Shown here: positions 12,557 through 24,350 of the stretch, piece after piece
Numbering within the stretch: position 1 is the stretch's first letter
Layout of the letters: the number at the start of each line of letters is the position of its first letter
Origin: Epiperipatus broadwayi
Taxonomy: Eukaryota > Animalia > Onychophora
NCBI GenBank assembly: GCA_028023455.1
Contig: JAQFVV010000002.1
Location: 7,750,001-7,814,000, forward strand
Direction: 5' to 3'
Length of the DNA: 64,000 bases
Translations under genes and position numbers: made by a program
Notes under the pieces: model-generated
The model's input: only the letters and a program-made list of their open reading frames with translations
Databases searched by the model: none
Told to the model about the DNA's origin: nothing

Positions 12557-14115
12557 TGTGACAGGATGGGTTTGAACCTAGTCACAAATAATATTATAGG
12601 TGATGGTAATTAAATGTATATGTAGATGTATATATAAAGTTAATGTTATTACATGATGGTTACATAAATACACAAATGAGGGGGAGAGGCTCTGTCATTT
12701 TGAAACAATGTATATGTGCATGTGACGAATGTGTGTGTGAATGGGATAGGTAGTCAAAAAGAGAGAAATGAGATTTTTGTTTCACATTAGAAAGCCTAGA
12801 AGTTTCCATCAGAAATGAAATTTTACTTTCTTTTGTTTACAATAAAAGCAGTGATAAAAGTTTTTCACATGTCAACCAAAATCTGGTTAGGCAGCATTGG
12901 AAACAGGAAGTGAGATCAAAAGAAACTTTTAGAATGAATGGAGGGGACTATAAAAGAAATATGCCCATAATGCTCAGGGTCTTGTCCTGCAGAGCTTCAG
13001 CCATCAACAGTGAAATCATGAATCCAATTTTAAAAGTTTTAAAATTTCAAACTTACATAATGGCGGATCAAAAGGAAATGTTGGGGTAAGAGCATAACAT
13101 ATCGGATTTGAACCCCTAATTCCAAATAACTGCAGCTGCTTTGTCTAATAATACCAAGATGGCTCAGAATAAAACATAATTACCAATGTCAGAACCAAAG
13201 TGGAGTCTCATCAAACAATGGCTGTACATGGATACAAAGATCGGGAATCCTTGCACTGAATTTCGTGTTATTACCTGTCATGACCGGAACTCTCAGAAAT
13301 AAATAAATATTCCTCCACAAATTCCATGGGGAAATTCAGGTAAAGAACTTTATGTATTGATTTTTTTTATGAGAAAGAAATTTAACCGTTTATCATAAGT
13401 GAATATGATAATCCAATCAACTTAATAAAGAAACTTTCTTAAATTCTTATTTTGAGGACATTAATAGCGCAAGTAGTATATGAGGTCATGTGGAGTAAAC
13501 TCTTTCTATTGACTTTCACTATTTGATTTATTTGCAATAAATATATTGGAAAGAATGCTGTGTGTGGGTGTGTAAAAATTACAGAATATTAATTATAATT
13601 ATATTTAAAAGGGTTGAAGGTTGAATTACATTTGTTTTTATCTTAAAGATCAAAAGAATAATAATGGTCTTTGGAAGTATTTAAATAAAATCTGTTTTGA
13701 TAGTGAAACTCTAGAAATTTTATTGTGATATTTTCTTTATATATATTTTTGTGTTTCAAAACTCTTAATCCCATTTGCATCTACTCCTGGCTGAGACATC
13801 ACCCGACCATGAGACTGAGCTAGCCGATAGTCAAAAACCTTCACCTTCATTAAGTTAGGGGTTCTTGTTGGTAATATATTCACTTCGCATAATTCTTATA
13901 TTTGTATAAGATTGGCGCTTGGAGTCCTATGGATGACCATAAATACGCATTGGGAATATATTACAGTTAATGAGAACAAATTCATAAGATGTTTTGATCA
14001 ACAATAATAAAGTCAAAACAATTTTAGATAAATATACATATGTAGGCATGTATGTTTTCTGTGTTGTAAGTGTAATAGGTGAATTTATTCATAGTGAGGA
14101 GGGGTTTTTGTTACA
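12557..14115 (+). repeat. 5' LTR (~1559 bp)
   Basis: Starts TGTGACAGG and ends GTTACA; collinear with 18814-20450 (about 90% identity by eye). Confidence 0.95.
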
Positions 14116-14116
14116 A

Positions 14117-14128
14117 TGGAGTCCCAAC
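14117..14128 (+). promoter_or_regulatory. Putative primer binding site
   Basis: TGGAGTCCCAAC 1 nt after the LTR end. Resembles the tRNA-Lys-type PBS TGGCGCCCAAC, but the tRNA identity is not established. Confidence 0.6.
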
Positions 14129-14388
14129 TAAAGGGCTTCGAAGAGAAGTAGAGAGGAATGGGGAAATTATGAGTATTCAGTAGTAAATAAGTTAAGAGTA
14201 AGCGAACAAATGTATAATAATCATTTAAATTTTGAAAGAAGTAATCGTGTGAGATTAAATCATACTGTCCCGAATGAATCGAGCTTAGAATTTGATTATA
14301 ACTGCTGACCTTAAATAAATCCAACTAATAAATGGATTATAGTTATATTTAGGTATGATTTTTATCAAGCGTTTTACTGTTAGTTTCA

Positions 14389-14800
14389 GAAATCCATTTA
14401 ACAAGGCAATATTTGTTTATATTATGGAAAAAATGTTTGTATTTTTAAATAGATAATTCAAACATGAATCACTTTAAACAAATTAAAGTTGTCTTGTATA
14501 TATATATCGCTCGAATCATTTTAAATAAATTAAAATATATGTTTTTTTTAAAAATCCGTTTAACAAAGCGATATTTAGTTATATTATTATGGGAAAAATG
14601 TTTATATTTTTTTAATTAGATAATTCAAATGCGAATCACTAAATAAATTAAAGACATTTGTTTTGTATATATATCACTCAAATCATTTTAAATAAATTAA
14701 AGTACATGTAGTTGTTTTTTTTTTAAATATATATCTCTCAAATCATTTTAAATAAATTAAAGTACATGTAGTTGTTTTTTTTTAAATATATATCTCTCAA
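14389..14800. repeat. AT-rich tandem repeats in the gypsy leader (~160-bp unit x2, then ~58-bp unit x2)
   Basis: aaatcc(a/g)tttaacaa... is repeated, and tcaaatcattttaaataaattaaagtacatgtagttg... is repeated. Confidence 0.8.
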
Positions 14801-15045
14801 GAAATAACCATCTTGTCATTTCGTGTTACGCAATCCTCCAAGAATATGTAATCTGTTGTCTTTTGTGTCAAATTGGTGAGGTTTCTAGAAATAAATAAAT
14901 AGGGAAACTATAGTAGAGGCTAACAAGAAGGCAGTGCAGGTTGTTGGTGTTGGGGACTGGAGTACGAGATGTCCAACCAGAAATAGAAATCCCAAAGAAA
15001 GAAATAATATAAGGGTGAGAGAGATGGACCAGGTAAGGAAACAAG

Positions 15046-15405
15046 ATGATTAAAATACAGATATTCAAAGGGAAAAGGGGGGAAAAGCCCAGAGAACATC
15101 TAAAAATCTTAAAAAGATACTTTTGCAGATATGAGATGGCGGAATGTGATAAAATAATAGTGGCCCATAGCCACCTGCAGGAGCATGCCTGGGATTGGTG
15201 GGGTTCACTAAGGACAAAGCCAAAGATGTTCGGAGAGTATGAAAGGGCTATAAACAAAATATTCTGGAGTGAGGAACTTCAGGAATGGATCAAATCCCAT
15301 ATCATCCAGAAAAGGTTTCAGGAGGAAGGGGAAGAGACATATGTCCAGTTCTTCAGATGTCAGGTGGCACAACTAAGGGAATTGGAGGCATGTAATTTAT
15401 TATAA
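15046..15405 (+). pseudogene. Gypsy gag (retrotransposon gag domain) remnant
   Basis: PREHLKILKRYF...HLQEHAWDWWGSL...AINKIFWSEELQ. Confidence 0.8.
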
Positions 15406-15599
15406 TTTATCAGAAAAAAACACATTTTAAGGATTGTATATAGAAATATGCCAAGTGAAGTAATGACAAGCATAGGGATACATCAAGGAAAAGTGCAAAA
15501 GAGGTTGATAGAGTACTAGGATAATTAGTGGTTAGTGAACAGTGGTGGAAGAAAAGGAAACAAGAAAATGGACCAGAAGGGGGAAGAGAGATGCATGGG

Positions 15600-18560
15600 A
15601 AATGATATGTTCTGATAATGAATGGATTCCAAAATATGCAAGTATGGGCTGTCCAGAAATCGAAATAGAGATTGCTGGGAGGCAGGCTGAGGCATTAGTG
15701 GATTCTGGCAGCCAAATCTCTGATGTCTGAGGAATTGTATACACGAATTATTGGCTGTCAGACCAGCATACGAACCCTATCTATTAAACCAATCCAAATC
15801 AGGATGGCAAATAATAATAATGGCTAGGGTTGAAGCCAAGCAGGTATGGATGGATCTTCATATCAGTGAGGAGTCATTTCCTCATATCTTTCTAATCATG
15901 AAAGACCTGATACATGACATTGATAGGAACAGATTTTTTAAATCAGTATAGATGTGGAATAGATTTTAAAACCAGTCAGTTTACATGTGAAGGGGAAGCC
16001 ACCAAGTTTACCACAGCACAGTTACACTGATCAATAGGAGTAATCCAGACAGAAAGTAAAGAGACCAAGATTGAAGAGAAAATCCAGCATTTATCATGGC
16101 GAACAAAGAGGAGGAGGCTTTCAGGCAGACATTATATCAATACCATCCAAGTATTTTCAGAAGTACCAGGCATAATACCAGGTTTTGAACAACACATCCA
16201 ACTGAGGCAGGACCAGCCTTTGCAATCATGCTCATAGCCCGTGCCATATCAATATAGGTAGGAGGTAAAAAATAAGTAAACCAGATGGTAGAATGGGGGA
16301 TAATATCTAAATGTTCATCACCATATTGTAACTTTCTAGTGGTGGTTAAAAAGAAGAGTGTGGCTATTAGATTATGTCTAATGCCAGGCAATTGAACCGG
16401 GCAACAATTCCAGACCGTAATATTCCACCTCTGATACATGAGTTATTAAGAGGATTTAAGGGTAAGCAGATATTCTCAACATTCAACCTGATAGCCAGTT
16501 ATGGGCAGATCCAGCTCCACCCAGAAGACCGGCAATATATGGCCTTTCAATCTGAAGGATACTCATACAAATTTAACAGAATGTTATTTGGGCTCATAAA
16601 TAGTGGGGCAGGATTGTTAAGGTGCCTTGACTAAGTGTTGGCAGATGAAATCAAGAAACCCACAAACTCTATATGTTGATGACATATTAATAGCCTCATC
16701 CAGTATTGAGGAGCATCAAAAAGATGCTGAGATGTTTCTCGAGAATGTCAGAAGAAGGGTATCAAAATCAATCTTTTAAAAAGTACCATGATGAAAGATG
16801 AAGTGACATTCTTGGGTCACTTGGTGGGGGCTCAGGGGATGAAGTCCCACCCAGACAAGGTATCAGCCATCAAGGAGTTTCTTAAGCTGAAACTTTGAAA
16901 GCAAATCTGGTCATTCTTGGGTCTTTGTAATTTCTACAATAGGTTCCATGAATGACTGGCTGAACAGACAGAACCTTTAGTTAGATTATTGAGAAAAGGT
17001 ATACCATGGAAATGGGAACAAGAACAGGAGAGGGCCCTCAGAAGACATAAAGGATGGATTCACTAGACAAGTTATGCTTTCTTTCCTGGATTTTACCAAA
17101 CCGTTTGTGGTACAAACAGATAGCAGTGTGTATGGCTTGAAAGCTACAGTGTCCCAAATACAGGAGAGAAAATCAAATGGGAGTGCTGTATTTCATCAGC
17201 AGATTATTAAAGGGACCCGGATTGAATTACAACACTATAGATAAGGAGGTGCTGGTGATCATGTGGGCATTCCAGAAGTTTTGTCTATTTTTGTTAGGGT
17301 CAGAAGTCATTGTAATGACTGATCATAAGAACCTGGAGTTTATAAATCGCAACTACCTTACCAACAGCTGGCTGATATGTTGGAGCTTACTGTTCTAAGA
17401 ATATAATTATACCATTCATTATTGTAAGGACCAGAGAACATGGTAGCCTATATTTTGAGCCAGAATCCATCTGGTTATCATCCTGATTGTCTGGGTGTAG
17501 AGAACTTGTATATTGCCAGTATGGATATAGGAATGAATAAGAGGGTAGAAGAGGACCTGGTTCATTTGGAAGATTGGCAGCATCAAGATGAACAATTAAA
17601 GGAGGTAATCAAATGAGTGGGAAAAGGAACAAATGGTGAGAGTTCAAAGAAGACAGGAAGGGAAACCAGGTACTGGCTCCATGAAAATATTTTACAGTAC
17701 TGGACACATGATGATCCAGAGCAGTGGAAACCAGTTATACCTCATACACTGTGGAAAGATGTGAAAAACTATGTACACCAACTATATGGCCATTATGGTG
17801 CTTTAAAAATGGAGCTGGCCTAACATCCATCCATTAGTCATAAACATGTTGAGGGATTGTGAAAGTTGTCAGAGAACCAAACCAGCGAACTGAAATTATA
17901 CTGCTACCATGCTATCAATAATACCAGATAGACCATGAGAAATGATAGCGTTAGATTTTTACAGCCCTCTGCCAGTATTCAATAAAAAAATATCTCCTCG
18001 TCATGTATGACTTGTTTACAAAATGTGTCTATATATCCTATCACATAGGTGAACGCAAAGAATGCCATCAAAATGCTAGAAGGCTGACATTTTACAGAGA
18101 CTGGAAAACCTAAAAGCATATTATCTGAACATGGTACTCCCTTCATGTCCAAGGAATGGCACAAGTGGATCCAACAGCAGGGGATTAGACATAATTTTAC
18201 CTCAATCAGGAACCCGCAATCCAACTCCTGCAAATGGATGATGAGGGAGTTGGGTTGCTTGTTTCACACATATATGGGTTTGAATAATAAAGGCTGGGTT
18301 AAATGGACTCCTCAAGTAGTGGATTTCATAAACTGAAACATAAACGAATCTAGCGGTTTTGCTCCATTTCGCCTCCAATTTGGACAGCACATACCATGTT
18401 GGATAAAGACCTTTCTACCAGGGATGGAAAAACCACCTATTAATAAGAGTGACCAGGATAGGGCATATCAGAGCCATCAAAGAGGGAAGAAAATGAGACA
18501 TAGGGCACCCATTTTAAAGTAGGGGATCGAGTCATGGTTAAAATCCCTTATGTCAGTGAC
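15600..18560 (+). pseudogene. Gypsy pol remnant (aspartic protease, RT, RNase H, integrase) with many stops and frameshifts
   Basis: ALVDSGS at ~15701; IPDRNIPPL...MLFGLINSG; YVDD at 16672; RNase H TDSS...DKEVLVIMWAFQKF...TDHKNL; IN HQLYGHYG / CESCQRTK, ALDF, ILSEHG, PQSN. Confidence 0.93.
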
Positions 18561-18799
18561 TTGGGTAGGTTTGTATGCTGAAAATTTTGCAACTATATGA
18601 AGGCCCATACACCATCTGTCATAATCAGGGGGGTAATGAATTTTGGGTGGACTTAGCATAGAATCAGAGGTCATACAATGCTCGGTCATTAAAGTCTGCC
18701 TGGCCTTCTGCTTGCAGAGGGCAAATCAAAGAACTAGGGAATAGATGTTTTGTACAAAAGGAGCCATTCAAAATATGCAAAAGATATTTGAGGGCTTTT

Positions 18800-18810
18800 G
18801 GAGGAGGGGA
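18800..18810 (+). promoter_or_regulatory. Polypurine tract
   Basis: GGAGGAGGGGA, 3 nt before the 3' LTR. Confidence 0.85.
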
Positions 18811-18813
18811 TAT

Positions 18814-20450
18814 TGTGACAGGATGGGTTCGAACCAAGTCACAAATAATATTATAGGTGATGGTAATTAAATGTATATGTGTATATAAAGTTAATTTTAT
18901 TATGTGGTGGTGGTTACATAAATACACAAATGAGGGGGAGGGGCTCTGTCATTTTGAAACGATGTATATGTGCATGTGACGAATGTGTGTGAATGGGATA
19001 GGTAATCGAAAAGAGAGACCTGAGATTTTTATTTTATGTTAGAAAGCCTAGAAGTTTCCATCAGAAATGAAATTTTACTTTCATCTGTTTACAATAAAAG
19101 CAGTGATAAAAGTTTTTCACACGTCAACCAAAATCTGGTTGGGCAGCATTGGAAACAGGAAGTGAGATCAAAAGAAACTTCTAGAATGAATAGAGGGGAC
19201 TATAAAAGAAATACACCCATAATGCTCAGGGTCTTGTCCTGCAGAGCTTCAGCCATCAACAGTGAAGTCATGAATCCAATTTTGTTTTAAAATTTCAAAC
19301 TTACATAATGGCGGATCAAAAGGAAATGTTGGTGTAAGAGCATAACATATCAGATTCGAACCCCTAATTCCTACTGACTGCAGCTGCTTCATCCAATAAT
19401 ACCAAGATGCCTCAGAATAAAACATAATTACCAACATCAGAACCAAACCGGAGTCTCATTAAACAATGGCCACACATGGATACAAAGATCGGGAATCCTT
19501 GCACTGAATTTCGTGTTATTACCTGTGATAACCAGAACTCTCAGCAATAAATAAATATTCCTCCACAAATTCCTCAGGGAAATTCAGGTAAAGAACTTTA
19601 CGTATTGATTTTTTTTATGAAAAAGAAATTTAACAGTTTAAATAAATATTCCTCCACAAATTCCTCAGGGAAATTCAGGGAAAAAACTTTACGTATTGAT
19701 TTTTTTTATGAAAAAGAAATTTAACAGTTTATCATAAGCGAATATGGCAATCCAATTAACTTAATAAAGAAACTTTTTTAAATTCTTATTTTGCGGTCAT
19801 TAATAGTACCAGTAGTATATGAGGTCACATGGTATAAACTCTTTCTATCGACTTTCACTACTTGATTTATTTGCAATAAATATATTGGAACTGCGTGTGT
19901 GTCAAAATGACAGAGTATTAATTATAATTATATTTAAAAGGGCTGAGGATTGAATTATATTTGTTTTTATCTTAAAGATCAAAGGAATAATAATGGTCTT
20001 TGGAAGTATTTAAATAAAATCTGTTTTGATAGTGAAACTCTAGAAATCTTATTGTGATAATTTCTTTATATATATTTTTTTGTGTTTCAAAGCTCTTAAT
20101 CCCATTTACATCTACTCCTGGCTGTGATATCACCTGACCATGAGACTGAGCTAGCCGATGGTCAAAAACCTCCTTCACATTCATTAAGTTAGAGGTTCTT
20201 GTTGGTAATACATTCACTTCGTGTAATTCTTATATTTGTATAAGATTGGTGCTTGGAGTCCTGTGGATGACCATAAATACGCATTGGGAATATTTTGCAG
20301 CTAATGGGAACAAATTCATAAGACATTTTGATCAACAATAATAAAGTCAAAACAATTTTAGTTAAATATACATACGTAGGCACGTATGTTTTCTGTGTCG
20401 TAAGGGTAATAGGTGAATTTATTCCATAGTGAGGAGGAGGTTTTGTTACA
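18814..20450 (+). repeat. 3' LTR (~1637 bp) containing a 91-bp tandem duplication (19549-19730)
   Basis: TGTGACAGG...GTTACA. The duplication is absent from the 5' LTR. Confidence 0.95.
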
Positions 20451-20499
20451 ATATATATATATGTGCACATAAAAATAATTACACTTATTACAATCCTTT

Positions 20500-20795
20500 T
20501 TTTATCCCCATAATATGTATATACAAAATAATCTTTAAAAAAAATTTTTTTTTTAAAATTATGACTCTAAACTTTCCAACAAACAGTGTCCATTTCTCCC
20601 CTAATTATGCTGGACCTTTAACCATACTTACACATTTAATTTTTAACATATTTTATTACCTATTACCTGAATATTTTTTTCACAATTCATTCTATTTTCA
20701 GTATTCAAAAAATGTATATATGGTCCTGATTTTAAATCCTTTCTGTTAATTACCCTGTCATTCTCCTTATTTCTTTTAATGGTTGTCTTTCCTGT

Positions 20796-20840
<45 letters not shown>

Positions 20841-22260
20841 ATAATATAAGCATAATAAAACAATTCACTAGAATAAAACTACAAAATTTTTCAAAAAATG
20901 CCTATATAAAATTGAAGATTAATAACTTTTGCTATAGCCAGCTTCGATGCATTCCACCATCTTAAGTAGCAGTATGTTAATATTTAAATATTATTAAATT
21001 CTCACACCAGTAACACTCCCACATGAATTACCTACTTTCCATAAATTATGAATGTTAACACAATTATACTGTTTCTTCAATACATTATCTGTACTATTTA
21101 CAAAATAGGACTCCTTAATTTTTATTTTCTTCAAATCATTTTCCATATACAAAATAAAAACTCTATCAAAGCAGAATTCTCCATTACAAATCACTGCATG
21201 TTGTGCAAAAACAGATTTATACCTATCTGCAGAATAATGCAACTTATTATATAATAATTCATGCTCCCTAATCCTTTTTTTCAATGCACATAGATACTTA
21301 AGAAGGCAGAATATGCTGAAGCTGGCTATAGCAAAAGATATTAATCTTCAATTTTATATAGGCATTTTTTGAAAAATTTTTGTAGTTTTATTCCAGTGGA
21401 TTGTTTTATATATAAATTGCAAAAGTCATAACTAATTTTATAAACCAAATTTACTCTATTTTTAATATTACCCATCTTTTGGGGATTTCACATCCATCTC
21501 CCTAAACATTTACTATTTTTCCAACTTATTTTAATATCAGGTAACTTTTCTTTAATCAATGTCATATAAATGCTCTGATTATGGAACTGAAATCCACTTC
21601 CTATATGTATACCCCTACCTTGCATTATTTTTATTTCTGAAAATCTTTTTAATATGATAGTCTAACATGATAGGCTAACATTGAATATAAAAGAAGCATT
21701 TGAACAGAAATTGAAAGTTGAGAATGATTATGTTAGTATTGGATATAAAAGAAAAGATATTAAAAATATTTTCAGAAATAAAAATAATAATAATGCAAAA
21801 AAATAGTGCAGGGCAGAGGTATACAAATAAAAAATGGGTTGGCAAAATAGTATATCTTTAAAGAAATGGATGTATAATTAAAAAAACGGGGTATTATTAA
21901 AAGTAGGGTATGGTTGGTTTATAAAATTAGTTGTGACCATGGCAATATATATATATAGGTCATATAGGAAAGACTACCATTAAAAGAGTTAAAGTGCATG
22001 ATAGGGCAATTATTAGAAAGTATATAAGATCAAGGCCATATATACACTTTTGAATACTGGGCATAGAAAGAATTGTGGAAAAAATCTTTATATACTTACT
22101 AAACATATACTTAAAGTTGTAATTAATAATTTGTAAAGCATATATTCATTATGTAATATATATTAAGGCTATAATCTTAAGACTATGCACCTAAAATGTG
22201 ACAGTAGGGACCTTTACAAATCTAAACACAAGATTAACAACTTTAAAAGGTATTTGTAAC
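20500..22260. mobile_element. Fold-back Penelope-like element, left arm interrupted by a second PLE
   Basis: ~20640-20790 and 21410-21680 are reverse complements of ~21960-22100 and 21700-21960. The right arm gives FEQKLKVENDYVSIGYKRKDIKNIF (post-RT region) and a GIY-YIG-like ...RVKVHDRAI...NTGH. Confidence 0.75.
20858..21410 (-). mobile_element. Nested PLE fragment: GIY-YIG C-terminus with inverted ~100-bp terminal repeats carrying hammerhead relics
   Basis: ORF 20994-21284 gives KKRIREH...SVFAQHAV...F.FDRVFIL...KKIKIKESYFV. 20858-20965 is inverted at 21298-21410. Confidence 0.8.
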
Positions 22261-23399
22261 TTCATTTATCTTAGCTCTTTAAAAAATTTGTTTATCATAT
22301 ATACATTAAACACTTATTTACTTATATATAGATATCAACATATTTTCACAAGTTCATATATTTACTATATAAAATATGTGCATCACATATTTGTGTTAAG
22401 CACTTATTTATTTATATACTATATATATATTTAAAAGTTTTTCTATTATTTAAAGATGTATAGCATATGTACATTTAGCACCTAATCATTTATAGATATA
22501 CCAAATATATATTTACAAATTTATATATCTATTCTTTATATCAATAGGTGACACTAAATTGATATTCATTCCTGTTGATCATATGGATGGTATTTTCTCC
22601 CAAATGGCTTATTGTTTGTTTAGTTTTTCAGATTTTTTATTGGGATATTTTTTAATGGATTTCTCTTATTTCTGTTCACTCTCCAATTTTTCCAAACATT
22701 ATAAAACTTTTGTAATTTAATTTAAAACACTTTTCTAATTTAACTGTATCATCTCATAATATGACCAAAATAAATCAGTTTCAAGTTAATCATTTTTGCT
22801 TTAAGTGAGAATTCTGGTCATAATTTAATCAAGTATACAATTGTTAATTTTATTTATGTGCATAATGTCAATACAATCTGTATTTTCACATATACTTTAC
22901 TTTTCCTATAAAAGATTTAGGCAGTTTTCCAATTGTTTCATACAAATTACATTAAAAGTCCAATAATTGATAGGTGGAAAGACTGATGACATAATAATTA
23001 ATACTTCTACTCGGGATAAAATGAACAAGATCATTATCTTTCATGATAAACTCATCAATTTTAGCCCACCTTTTACTTTTTTTTCTTTCGGAAAACTAAC
23101 TTTAAATATTCATTCTTTTTTGCTTTTCTTTACAAGCCTTTTTTTAAAAAATCTACAAATGTATTTTATATTCATATCTATTTCTTTATTTTTAAAATTT
23201 CCAACTATTATTTCATTTTCTATTATTTATATTTTTCACTTATAGCAGTGAGCTGTATGTAGCCTGTAATGAAAGTTTAAGCAGCCCATCTAGCAGTTTT
23301 GATTTTTTTATGTGGAAAAAATAAAATAATTTGAATTGAATGCCTAAAGAATATTTTAATTGTATCATTAATTGGTAATCTTGATGGTGATATTATTAT

Positions 23400-23600
23400 C
23401 TAATGTATTTACATCATTGTATACCCATATATTTTTCAAATATAAGACATGCCAAAGAAATAATCTTGCACTCTTTTGATCCAATATACATAATGTTAAT
23501 GGCAAATGTGCAAGTGATTATTGCTCATATAGTTCTGTTCAGTTATACTTCATCTGTTAAGATGTGTCTCCTTGAATAAATATTTCTTTTTAATGCCGTT
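23400..23600 (-). pseudogene. GIY-YIG (PLE) relic
   Basis: Manual translation I*AIITCTFAINIMYIGSK resembles the xIY...C..C...YIG motif. Confidence 0.35.
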
Positions 23601-24069
23601 CTTAGATTACTTGAGATTGGATAACTTTGTTTTATGTAATTTTATTCAGCCTTTAACTTCATATTGTTCTATATGTAGTTTTTTTTTTTTGTAATTTTTT
23701 TTTTTATATAATTAGCTTTTTTCTGTGATGTAATAATCTGAGAATGCAGATTAAAATAATGATTGATGACCATCATTAAGGTTATGTTTATATTGTTGGA
23801 AAGACTAGATTAGCACAATGATATATGTCAAGTGACATGATACTTATATAATAAATCTGTACAATATAAGATTTCACCTCCCCTCTGTATAAGTTTTTGA
23901 AGGTTGTATGTTTAATGAAAAGTACAATATTTTTGAAAAGTTTTCTAAATGATTCTGTTAACTTTGTATAATGTGTGTTTGTTGTATATGTATGTTTTCT
24001 TCCCAGATTGATATGTATACATATGTTTTATTATTATGAACTATAGTTGATTCATTATGAGATACAATA

Positions 24070-24350
24070 CTTGTAATTTATCACTTTTCCATACCACAAT
24101 TTTTTCTTCTCATTGGTTTGCTCACTAGCCTGTTTCTGCATCTTTTAGTATCTTTTTGAATTAAGTTGAATGCCTTATTTATCCATCTATTGTCATCTTT
24201 TTTAGACAAAAATCTAGTCCATCTCTGTTTCATTATCTTAATTCTCTCAACGATGTAAGTAGTATATATATATTTTCTCTTGATCCTCTTTGTTAATTTG
24301 AATGCTCATTTTTCTACATTAGCAAACACATTTATCAAAAACTTTTTTTT
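24070..24350 (-). mobile_element. RTE LINE extreme 3' relic
   Basis: RWTRFLSKKDDNRWINKAFNLIQKDTKRCRNRLVSKP aligns with the RTE RW.GH..RR.DNRW....KR.RGRP pattern. Confidence 0.5.

Larger units (their letters stand above)
12557..20450 (+). mobile_element. Full-length Ty3/gypsy LTR retrotransposon, coding region decayed
   Basis: Two TG...CA LTRs, 4-bp ATAT on both flanks (12553-12556, 20451-20454), PBS and PPT. Domain order gag-PR-RT-RNaseH-IN; no env ORF seen. Confidence 0.95.

Noticed and set aside
12557-12590. tRNA-like T-loop motif at the LTR start
   Set aside because: No cloverleaf or box A; treated as LTR sequence only.
14389-14800. Repeat-spacer-like array (CRISPR-like)
   Set aside because: These are plain tandem duplications in a retrotransposon leader, with no unique spacers or cas genes, in eukaryotic context.
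19249-19446. Antisense LTR ORF containing TFPFDPPLCKF, reminiscent of the ubiquitin-conjugating enzyme YPFxPP motif
   Set aside because: No HPN or catalytic Cys context follows, and the 5' LTR copy has a stop in this frame; probably chance.
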